NCBI GenBank assembly: GCA_965208885.1
Contig: CBDBPS010000002.1
Coordinates: 1,879,538-1,943,537, forward strand
Origin: Dehalococcoidia bacterium
GTDB taxonomy: Bacteria; Chloroflexota; Dehalococcoidia; UBA2979
Direction of reading: 5' to 3'
DNA: 64,000 nucleotides
A program made the translations under genes and the position numbers. The notes below the pieces were generated by a model, which saw only the letters and a list, made by a program, of their open reading frames with translations, made no database searches and was not told the DNA's origin. How positions within the stretch are numbered: the first letter of the stretch is position 1; every line of letters begins with the position of its first letter. This document shows positions 1 to 8,712 of this stretch, piece after piece.

Positions 1-5
1 TCACG

Positions 6-3000
6 ATGGACGAGGACACGTACGTCTACATCGAAGCCCTGACCTTCGGAAGCGCCCTGGCGCTCACCCCGGCGATCCTCGACAGCATGGGGACCGAGGT
101 CTCCATGCATATCGTCTCCCAATCCACTTACAGCGGGCACGGCCGTTCGTATATCAGCTTCTCTGTCTGGGGGAAGCTCGAGGCGGGCACGTACCACCTG
201 CGCGTCAGCTCTTCCGGGGGCCCCACCGGGATGTACCTGCTGGATCCCGTCGCGTCGCCCTACAACCAGGTTGTCGAGGACTGCACCGCCATCACCACGA
301 CCCAGAGCGACCCCCTGTACGGGTGCCAGTGGCACCTCAACAACACTGGCCAGTTCGGCGCCGGCGCCGGGCAGGACATCAATGTCGAGAGCGTCTGGGC
401 GGGCGGGAACAAGGGCGAGGGCATCAACATCGCCCTCCTCGAAGACAGCCTGCAGACCGACCACGAAGACCTCGTCGACAACGTGCTCACCGCCCGCAAC
501 CGTGACCTGATCGGGCAGGGGAACGTCTATCACCCCCTCGAGTTCCACGGCACGGCGATAGCGGGCCTCATTGCCGCCCGCGACAACGACATCGGCGTCC
601 GCGGAGTGGCGCCGCGCGCGAAGATCTTCATCTACGACATCACCCGCGGGAACTTGACCAACTCCACCAGGGCGATTGCCGGCACCTACCACGCGGAGGA
701 CGCGCCGCACACCGCCATCTCGAACAACAGCTGGGGACCCTCTTCCCTCGGCATACCGCGCGACGTGGAACCGGAGTGGGAGGAGGCCACCAGGAACGGC
801 GTGACACTCGGCTACGGGGGCAAGGGCATCCTCTACGTCTGGTCGGGGGGCAACGGCCACCTGAGGGGCGACCACTCCAACCTCGCCGAACGCGTCAACT
901 ACTACACCGGCACCACCGTCTGCGCCGTCGGGTACGACGACCTGCGGGCCGAATACTCCGAGATGGGCGCGAACCTCTGGCTCTGCGCCCCCGCGCAGAG
1001 CGGCAGGGGCGACCACCCGTGGATCACGACGACCCACATCCCCGACCGCTACCGGACCGACTTCGGCAGCACCTCCGGCGCGGCGGCCATCGTCTCGGGT
1101 GTCGCCGCCCTCGTGCGCGCCGCCAACACAGACCTGACGTGGCGCGACGTCAAGCTGATCCTGGCGGCGTCGGCCCGCAAGAACGACGCCACCAACACCG
1201 GCTGGGAGCAGGGCGCACTCGAGTACGGTTCGACGACCACCCGCTACGACTTCAACCACGAGTACGGCTTCGGCATGGTCGATGCCGCTGCCGCAGTCGC
1301 CCTCGCCGACGGCTGGAGCAACGTCCCCGCCATGCGCACGAGCCAGGCGAGCTCTGGCCAGCTCGGGGATGTCAACTTCCGCGGCATCTTCCTTCCCGAT
1401 GTTGATGGCGGTACCACGACGACGATCAGCAACACGCTCAGCCTGGACAGCTACGTGTCGTTCATCGAGTTCGTCGAGATCGAGATCGAGTTCCGCCACG
1501 ACCGGTTCCGCGACCTGCAGATCGAGCTCGTGTCCCCGAGCGGGAAGGTCTCCGAGCTGTCGGTTCCATCGTCGTCCTTCAGCGGGCAGGCTCACTTTTA
1601 TGACTCCCATCGCTTCGGTTCGGCGAAGCACCTCGGCGAAAGCGCGGAGGGAACATGGACCCTGAGGCTCACAGACGAACGGTTCACCAGGAGCGGGCGG
1701 CTCATGTCATGGGGGCTGAAGGTCTACGGCCATGGCTACAAGCCGGGCCGAGTCAGCATCACGAGCGCGACGGCCGGAGCCGGCCTCGCCGCCCTGGCCT
1801 GGGACGCGCCCGCCGATATAGGGGGCTCGGCCATCACCTCTTACGACCTTCGCTACCGGAAGCGTGGGTCCGACTGGACCACGGTCACGAACGTCGGAAC
1901 CCTCGACGACCGCACGCACACGCTTACCGGGCTGGACGGCTCGGTGGGAGGGGTGTCGGTGTGGTACGAACTCCAGGTCCGGGCCGTCAACGATGCCGGT
2001 TCCGGTCGCTGGTCGAGCTCCTCCAACGTCGCGCCGTGGAGAGTCGCGCCCGATGCTCCCCGGTCCGTCTCGACCGCCGCCCGCAACCAGGCGCTCGCGG
2101 TGTCCTGGCAGACGCCGAACTACTGGGGGGCGCAGCCCCTCGTGGCCTACCACATCCGCTACATCGAAGCGGACGCCATGGACAAGTCCGACAGTGAGTG
2201 GACGCCCGTCAGCCGCGCCTGGCAGACCGGGGGCGGCGAGCTCCGCCACGTCATCCGAGGGCTCACCAACGGCACCGCTTACGAGGTGCAGGTCCAGGCC
2301 GAGAACATCCGCACGACGGGTGGCTGGTCCAGCGTCGCAACAGGCACGCCAGCGAACATCAACGGCCCGGCCGAGTTCGCCGGCACCCGGACGACTCGCA
2401 GCATCCCCGAGAACACCGCCGCCGGCGCGGACATCGGCGACCCCGTCGCCGCCCGCGACGACGAGGGCGACACCCTGACGTACTCGCTCAGGAGAGGCAC
2501 CAACATCCTCGAGATCAACAGCGCCACCGGCCAGCTCCAGACGAAGTTCGCGTTCAATCACGAGCTGGCATCCAGGTACTTCGCCACCGTTGCCGTGCAC
2601 GACGGCAAGGCCAGCGACGCCACCGGGAGCACCGCCATCGACGACACGATCGACGTGACGATCGAGATCGAGGATGTGGACGAGCCACCCGTGGTCACGG
2701 GCAGTGAGACGCGCAGGGTCCGGGAGAACACGACGGCCGTCGCTACCTACAGCGCCAGCGACCCCGAGGAGGCGACGACCACCTTCACCTGGTCACTCGC
2801 TGGAGACGACTCCGACGACTTCGCGATCAGCAGCAGCGGCGTGCTGACCTTCGATCCCGCCCCGAACTTCGAGGTGCCGACCGACACCGGCGGCGACAAC
2901 ACCTACAGCGTCACGGTCCGGGCGACTGACGACAGCGCGACCGACCCCGACGCCATGACCGGCGAGTTCGAGGTCGAGGTCACCGTCCTGCCCGTCGACG

Positions 3001-6000
3001 AGCCGCCGGAGATCCGCGGCGACACCAGCTACACGATCGCGGAGAACAGCGCGAGACGCGTCGGCAGCTACACGGCCACGGACCCCGAGGGGGCGAGCAC
3101 CACCTGGCTGAGCCTGACGGGGACGGATGCGCGGCACTTCGTCCTCGACGAGTTCGGGACGTTGAGCTTCGCCGAGACGCCGGACTTCGACCGCTCGACC
3201 AACGACGACCACGGCCCCGAGTACCGAGTCACCCTGCGGGCCTCGGACGGGCGCACGGGGACGGCCGGGATCGGCACCTTGCCCGTCACGATCACCCTCA
3301 CGTCCGTCGCCGAGGGTCCGCTGATCGAGGGCGACACGGTCATCGACGTCAACGAGGGCCACACGGGCACGCTCGACATGTACACGAAGACCGACCCGGA
3401 GGGCTCCGCTACGAACTGGGGCGCGGTCGGCAGCACGACCGCGCTGAGCGGCGCCAACGCGGACGCCTTCGACTTCAACCAGTCGACCGGGGGGCTGACA
3501 TTCAAGAGCCCGCCCGACTTCGAGGACGGCGGGGGCTCCTACCAGGTCACGATCAACGCCAACGACGGCGTGCTGAACGGCCGCCTCGACGTCACTGTCA
3601 ACGTCGCCAACCACGATGAACGCGCCGACCAGCCGGTACAGCTCGGCGCGCAGCGCGGCGTCATCAACGTCCCGCTCACGGCGACGCTGACGGACCCCGA
3701 CAACGTGGTCAGCGCGACGTGGCAGTGGCAGCGGTCGACGAGCCGCACGGGCGGCTGGAGCGACATCGCGGGCGCTACCTCGAGCAGCACCTCGTCGAGC
3801 AGCCATACCCCGACCGCCGCCGACCGCGACCAGTACCTGCGCGCGACCGTGTCCTACGAGGACGGCCACGGCCCGGGCAAGAGCGCGGACGCCGTCACGG
3901 AGTTCACGACCGTGAACGAGCGCCTCTCGAACACCGCCCCCGTGCTGCCCGACAGCGTCGACGACATCGTGATCCCCGAGGACACCCCGGAGCGCCGCAA
4001 CGTCGGCAGCCCGATCCTGGCGACCGACGATGAGGGGGACGACCCCGTGTACACGCTGAGTGGCGCGAGCGAGTTCGAGATTGGCCGCACGACGGGCCAG
4101 ATCCAGGTCGCCGGCGGCGCCACGTTCGACTACGACCAGGGCCAGCGCAGCTACGCGCTCACCGTTACCGCCGACGACGGCTTCGGCGGCACCGACACCG
4201 TCGCCGTCACTGTCAACATCGAGGACGTGAACGAGGCGCCGGTCGCCGCCAACGACGCCCGTAGCGTCGCCGAGGACGAGTCGATCACCATCGACGTGCT
4301 CGCCAACGACAGCGACCCCGAGAACGACACCCTGTCACTGGTGAGCGCGCTGCCGCGCAGTCCGCGCTGGGGGACGGCGACCGTCGACACCTCGACCAAC
4401 CACATCAGCTACACGCCGAGGGCGAACTATCACGGCGCAGACAGCTTCATCTACCGTGCCCAGGATGACGGCAGCCCTCGCCTCTCGAGCACTGCCATCG
4501 TCTCGATCACCGTCAATGCCGTAAACGACGCCCCCGAGTTCGCCTCGGCGATGGTGGAGCGCAGCATCGCCGAGAGCGCCGAGGAAGGTGACAGCGTCGG
4601 CGCGCCCGTGACCGCGACGGACATCGACACCGGCGACACCCTCACCTACCGGCTCGCGGGCGTCGACGCCTCCTCGTTCGACATCGACGGCGCCGGCCAG
4701 ATCACCGTCGGCGCCGGGGTCAGCTTCGAGATCGCGACCAAGGACACGTACGAGGTGACGGTCACCGTCGACGACGGTAGCGGGGAGTCGAACGCCACGG
4801 CGAGCGTCGCCGTGACCATCACCGTCAGGGCCGGGCCGGTTGGGCCACTCATCATCGGGGGCGGTGGAGGCGGGCCGTCGGGGCCGACTCCGAGCGAGGT
4901 CGACTTCGAGTGGACCGTCGAGCAAGACATTGAGGAACTGGACAGCAGCCACGAGAAGCCCGGCGGCTCCTGGTCCGACGGCGTCACGCTGTGGCTGCTC
5001 GACAACCCCGACGGCGCGGGCGACGCCGTCTACGCATACGACCTCGCGACCGGCGAACGCGTCGAGGACCGTGAGTTCGACCTCGACGATACGAACCGCG
5101 CCCCGCGCGGCGTCTGGTCCGACGGCAAGACCTTCTTCTGGGTCTCGGACAGCGGCCAGGACAGGCTCTTCGCCCACGACATCACGACGGGGGACGGCAC
5201 GCCCGAGCGCGACATCGAGCTGGACCGCCGCAACGCCGACGCGCGCGGCATCTGGTCGGATGGCGCGACGATGTGGGTGCTCGACGGCGGCAAGGACGCG
5301 CTCTTCCTCTACGACCTCGAGAGCGGCGCGCTGCTGGGGGAGTGCGCGCTCGACCAGGCCAACGACGACCCGCGCGGCGTCTGGTCGGACGGCGTCACGG
5401 TCTGGGTCTCCAACCACGACCCCAAGCGCCTCTTCGCCTACCGCCTGCCAACCCGCGAGGACCTCGCCGCGGCGGCCGAGGACAAGGCGCTCGAGCGTGT
5501 CCGTGACGAGGAGTTCGGGGAGCTGAGCGCGGCAGGTAACAACAGCCCGCGCGGCCTCTGGTCCGACGGCGACGTCATGTACGTCGCCGATGAGAACGAC
5601 CGCAAGGTCTACAGCTACAACATGCCGGATGCGATCGACGCGCGGCTGGCTTCGCTGGAGCTCAGCGGAGTCGACTTCGGAGTGTTCTCACCGCTGCGCT
5701 ACGACTACGCCAGCGAGACGATCCCCCACGGCAACATCGCAACCCTGACTGCCGTGCCGGCGCAGGCGGGCGCGACGGTGCAAGTCGAGCCCCCGGACCA
5801 CGACGGAGACCCTGAGAACGGGCACCACCTGCGGCTGCTCCCCGGACTCGAGATCACCATCACGGTGACCTCAGAGGACCGCAGCCGCGAGCGCGTCTAC
5901 CGCCTGCTCCTCGGCGACGAGGAGCCCACCGGGGATGAGGATGCGGCCGAACCCGTCCCGAGCTGCCTGCGCGGCGCCGTCGCCGTTGGCTTCAGCCTCC

Positions 6001-6488
6001 TCGTCTTCGAGGGCGGAAGCCTCGAGGACCTCGTGAGCTGCGCGCAGCTCCGCCACGTCACCGCGCTCTACGCGCTGAGCGACGCCGAGTACGTCGCCTA
6101 CATCCTCGGGGCGCCCGAGTTCGTGAACGAACGTTTCGGCGAGCTCTACGCGGGTGGCGTTCCGGCACTCACTCCGTTGACGGTCAAGAGCGACGGTCCC
6201 GCGACGGCCGACCCGGGTGCTCCCGTGGTCACGGGGCCGTGGCCCGAGTGCCTCAGAGGCGAGATCGTCGAGGGCTTCAGCCTCGTGCTCTACGAGGGTG
6301 GCAGCATCGACGATCTTGCCGCGTGCGCCGAGGGCCTCGGGGTCGGAGCACTCTATATCCTCGATGACGGTATCTGGGTCTCGTACATCCTCGGAGCGCC
6401 GGAGTTCGTCAACCAGTCCTTCCGCGAGCTGTTCCCGGGCGGCGTCCCGACGGCCGCGCCGCTGACCGTGCAAGTCGACGGGCCGTAG
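6..6488 (+). CDS. Giant secreted/surface multidomain protein; the 5' end probably lies upstream of the window. It has a subtilisin/kexin-like S8 domain, a P-domain, FN3, cadherin-like repeats and the conserved C-terminal module.
   Basis: 2160-aa ORF. His motif HGTAIAGLIAARDN and Ser motif GTSGAAAIVSGVAAL of S8 are present, as is the oxyanion SNNSWG. The furin-like DDG catalytic-Asp motif reads LLEDS here. The P-domain reads FRDLQIELVSPSGKVSEL. FN3 repeats read SAITSYDLRY. Cadherin repeats read DVDEPP. The C-terminus matches the other three giant genes. Confidence 0.85.
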   Translation: MDEDTYVYIEALTFGSALALTPAILDSMGTEVSMHIVSQSTYSGHGRSYISFSVWGKLEAGTYHLRVSSSGGPTGMYLLDPVASPYNQVVEDCTAITTTQSDPLYGCQWHLNNTGQFGAGAGQDINVESVWAGGNKGEGINIALLEDSLQTDHEDLVDNVLTARNRDLIGQGNVYHPLEFHGTAIAGLIAARDNDIGVRGVAPRAKIFIYDITRGNLTNSTRAIAGTYHAEDAPHTAISNNSWGPSSLGIPRDVEPEWEEATRNGVTLGYGGKGILYVWSGGNGHLRGDHSNLAERVNYYTGTTVCAVGYDDLRAEYSEMGANLWLCAPAQSGRGDHPWITTTHIPDRYRTDFGSTSGAAAIVSGVAALVRAANTDLTWRDVKLILAASARKNDATNTGWEQGALEYGSTTTRYDFNHEYGFGMVDAAAAVALADGWSNVPAMRTSQASSGQLGDVNFRGIFLPDVDGGTTTTISNTLSLDSYVSFIEFVEIEIEFRHDRFRDLQIELVSPSGKVSELSVPSSSFSGQAHFYDSHRFGSAKHLGESAEGTWTLRLTDERFTRSGRLMSWGLKVYGHGYKPGRVSITSATAGAGLAALAWDAPADIGGSAITSYDLRYRKRGSDWTTVTNVGTLDDRTHTLTGLDGSVGGVSVWYELQVRAVNDAGSGRWSSSSNVAPWRVAPDAPRSVSTAARNQALAVSWQTPNYWGAQPLVAYHIRYIEADAMDKSDSEWTPVSRAWQTGGGELRHVIRGLTNGTAYEVQVQAENIRTTGGWSSVATGTPANINGPAEFAGTRTTRSIPENTAAGADIGDPVAARDDEGDTLTYSLRRGTNILEINSATGQLQTKFAFNHELASRYFATVAVHDGKASDATGSTAIDDTIDVTIEIEDVDEPPVVTGSETRRVRENTTAVATYSASDPEEATTTFTWSLAGDDSDDFAISSSGVLTFDPAPNFEVPTDTGGDNTYSVTVRATDDSATDPDAMTGEFEVEVTVLPVDEPPEIRGDTSYTIAENSARRVGSYTATDPEGASTTWLSLTGTDARHFVLDEFGTLSFAETPDFDRSTNDDHGPEYRVTLRASDGRTGTAGIGTLPVTITLTSVAEGPLIEGDTVIDVNEGHTGTLDMYTKTDPEGSATNWGAVGSTTALSGANADAFDFNQSTGGLTFKSPPDFEDGGGSYQVTINANDGVLNGRLDVTVNVANHDERADQPVQLGAQRGVINVPLTATLTDPDNVVSATWQWQRSTSRTGGWSDIAGATSSSTSSSSHTPTAADRDQYLRATVSYEDGHGPGKSADAVTEFTTVNERLSNTAPVLPDSVDDIVIPEDTPERRNVGSPILATDDEGDDPVYTLSGASEFEIGRTTGQIQVAGGATFDYDQGQRSYALTVTADDGFGGTDTVAVTVNIEDVNEAPVAANDARSVAEDESITIDVLANDSDPENDTLSLVSALPRSPRWGTATVDTSTNHISYTPRANYHGADSFIYRAQDDGSPRLSSTAIVSITVNAVNDAPEFASAMVERSIAESAEEGDSVGAPVTATDIDTGDTLTYRLAGVDASSFDIDGAGQITVGAGVSFEIATKDTYEVTVTVDDGSGESNATASVAVTITVRAGPVGPLIIGGGGGGPSGPTPSEVDFEWTVEQDIEELDSSHEKPGGSWSDGVTLWLLDNPDGAGDAVYAYDLATGERVEDREFDLDDTNRAPRGVWSDGKTFFWVSDSGQDRLFAHDITTGDGTPERDIELDRRNADARGIWSDGATMWVLDGGKDALFLYDLESGALLGECALDQANDDPRGVWSDGVTVWVSNHDPKRLFAYRLPTREDLAAAAEDKALERVRDEEFGELSAAGNNSPRGLWSDGDVMYVADENDRKVYSYNMPDAIDARLASLELSGVDFGVFSPLRYDYASETIPHGNIATLTAVPAQAGATVQVEPPDHDGDPENGHHLRLLPGLEITITVTSEDRSRERVYRLLLGDEEPTGDEDAAEPVPSCLRGAVAVGFSLLVFEGGSLEDLVSCAQLRHVTALYALSDAEYVAYILGAPEFVNERFGELYAGGVPALTPLTVKSDGPATADPGAPVVTGPWPECLRGEIVEGFSLVLYEGGSIDDLAACAEGLGVGALYILDDGIWVSYILGAPEFVNQSFRELFPGGVPTAAPLTVQVDGP
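4850..6488 (+). repeat. Copy 1 of 4 of the conserved ~1.65-kb 3' cassette, encoding the shared C-terminal module (Gly-rich linker, WSDG blades, cadherin-like sandwich, 2x CLRG domain).
   Basis: The cassette starts at GGGGGGPSGPTPSEVDFEW. Blades have the form RGVWSDG.T.WV.D...LFAYDL. It ends in two CLRG...GFSL.LYEGGS.DDL..CA...ALY....G..VSYILGAPEFVN units. It is near-identical at the DNA level to copies at 7083-8712 (rc), 25930-27602 and 33375-35021. Confidence 0.8.
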
Positions 6489-6787
6489 GCGCCAGGCGCG
6501 GACCGGGGGCGCTGCATATGCTGGCCGCCGGACGACCGAAGAGGCTGCCGACGTGGCCTCGTCGACAATCACTTGAGCATCATGAGGTGACGGGCGACCC
6601 CCTTCCACATCACGCCAGTGGCGTGATCACCGCGAGTGGTACCCACGCGATCACCGTTGGTGCGCCCCGGCTGCTGCGCATTACGTGCGATTCCAACGTC
6701 ATTCGGCAGGAACACTACCTTCCATAAAGTGTGCGCCGGCTCTTCAGTGAAGCACGATAAGCCGCCACGGGTCCCTAACCTGAACAG

Positions 6788-7096
6788 GTGAGGGAAGCGC
6801 CCGGCGTGGCGCCCATTCGGCCGGCTCGAAGTGACAACGGCGCGCTCGTTGGGGGATGGGAAGGGACCGTGCGGACACTCGTCGCTACCACCGACATCGC
6901 CGGCGCCACCGCTCCTACCGTGCGCCCCGAACACATGGAGCGCATCGAGGCGGCCGCGGCAGAGGTCCTCAGCGCCAACACGCGCCGGGCCTACGCGAGC
7001 GCGTGGCGCGCGTGGGTGGCGTGGTGCGCGGCCGACGGCGGCAGGCGCGAGGACGGGCAGGAGGCCTGCCGGGCGCGGGCGCTCAGTCGCCCTTGA
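6788..7096 (+). pseudogene. Tyrosine recombinase/integrase N-terminal (core-binding SAM-like) fragment. It is truncated where the 3' end of the convergent giant gene begins.
   Basis: LSANTRRAYASAWRAWVAWCAADG resembles the CB-domain motif of XerC/phage integrases. No catalytic domain follows. The ORF runs into the stop region of the 7083-14696 gene. Confidence 0.5.
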
Positions 7097-8712
7097 TGAC
7101 GAGCGGCGTCGCAGCGGCGAGGCCGTCCGGGAACAGTGCGCTGAAGCCGCGGTTGACGAACTCCGGTGCGCCGAGGATGTAGGACACGTACTCGCCGCCG
7201 ACAAGCGCGTAGAGTGCCGTGACGCCGGTCTCCCCCGCACACGCCGCGAGGTCCTGGACGCTGCCGCCGGCGTAGAGCACGAGGCTGAAGCCCGCTGCGA
7301 TCTCGCCGCGCAGGCACGCCGGCCACGCTTCGACGTCAACGGCGCCGCCGGCGGCCGGGGTGGGCGGCCCCTCGCTGCGGGCGGTCAGCGCGGTGAGCAC
7401 GGGCACACCCGCGGTGAACAGCCTGCTGAAGGTGCGGTTCACGAACTCCGGTGCGCCGAGGATGTAAGAGACGAACTCCCCCTCGTGCAGGGCATACAGC
7501 GCCGTGACGTGGCGGCCCTCGGCGCAGGCCACGAGGTCCTCGATGCTGCCGCCTTCGTAGACGACGAGGTTGAAGCCGACGCTGACGGCGCCGCGCAGGC
7601 AGCTCGCCGACGGTCCGGTCACCTGCTCCTCGGCGACGTCCGCCAGCGCCACCCGGTAGACGCGCTCGCGGCTGCCGTCCGGCGAGGTCACGGTGATGGT
7701 GACCTCGAGGCTCGGGAGAAGCCGCACGTGGTGCCCGTTCTCAGGGTCTCCGTCGTGGTCCGGGGGCTCGATCTTCACCGTCGCGCCCTCCTGCGCCGGC
7801 ACGGCAGTCAGGGTCGCGATGTTGCCATGGGGGATCGTCTCGCTGGCGTAGTCGTAGCGCAGTTGTGAGAACTCCCCGAACTCCACGCCGCTGAGGCTCA
7901 GCGAGGCGAGCCGCGTGTCGATCGCGTCGGGCATGTTGTAGGTGTAGACGCGGCCATCGCTCTCGTCGGCGACGTACATCACCGCGCCGTCGGACCAGAG
8001 CCCGCGCGGGCTGTTGTTGCCGGCGCTGCTCAGCTCGGCGAACTCCTCGTCCCGCACCCGCTCGAGTGCGGGCGGCTCCTCGGGAGGCTCGCCTTCGGGC
8101 GGCACGGGCAGCCGGTAGGCGAAGAGGCGCTTGGCGGTGTGGTCGGAGACCCAGACTGTGACGCCGTCCGACCAGAGGCCGTGCGGGCCGCTGTTCGCGT
8201 CCGCGAGCTCATACTCGCCCAGCAGCGCGCCGCTGGTGATGTCATAGACGAAGAGGGAGGGATTCGCGTTGAGCACCCAGACCGTTTCGCCGTCGGACCA
8301 GATAGCGCGCGCGTCGCGGTTCCCGTTGGCGAGCACGATCTCGCGCTCCTCGTCGCGCTCGCCCGTCTCGAGGTCGTAGGCGAAGAGGCGGTCTTGCCCG
8401 CTGTCGGCGACCCAGGCGGTCTCGCCGTTCGACCAGACGCCGCGCGGGGCGCGGTTCGTATCGTCGAGCTCGAACTCGCGGTCCTCGACACGTTCGCCGG
8501 TCGCGAGGTCATAAGCGTAGACGGCGTCGTCAGCGCCGCTGCCGTTCTGGGTGAGCCAGAGCAATGCGCCGTCCGACCACATCCCGGTGGGCGTGTCGTT
8601 GGCCGCGGCGAGCGCGTCGATGTCGCGAGTCACGTTCCACTCGAAGTCGACCGTGCTCGGAGTCGGCCCGGAAGGTCCGCCGCCACCACCGCCGAAGCTG
8701 ACGATGGTTGAG
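7083..8712 (-). repeat. Copy 2 of 4 of the conserved 3' cassette (C-terminal module).
   Basis: SFGGGGGGPSGPTPSTVDFEWNV followed by WSDG blades, a cadherin-like domain and tandem CLRG domains. Confidence 0.8.

Noticed and set aside
776-2600. Multiple overlapping 60-300-aa ORFs in alternative frames within the first giant gene (776-1405, 1282-1665, 1655-2197, 1707-2600, 1864-2478, and others).
   Set aside because: They are alternative-frame artefacts of a GC-rich coding region. Their compositions are Arg/Pro/Ala-rich with no recognisable domains.
6489-6530. GC-rich dyad (GCGCCAGGCGCGGACCGGGGGCGC) just after the stop of the first giant gene, as a possible terminator.
   Set aside because: Imperfect stem with no U-tract. 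Not convincing as an intrinsic terminator.
6569-7339. 256-aa minus-strand ORF spanning the integrase fragment and the 3' end of the 7083 gene.
   Set aside because: It is Ala/Arg/Ser-rich. It overlaps the better-supported integrase fragment on the other strand and the giant gene in another frame.
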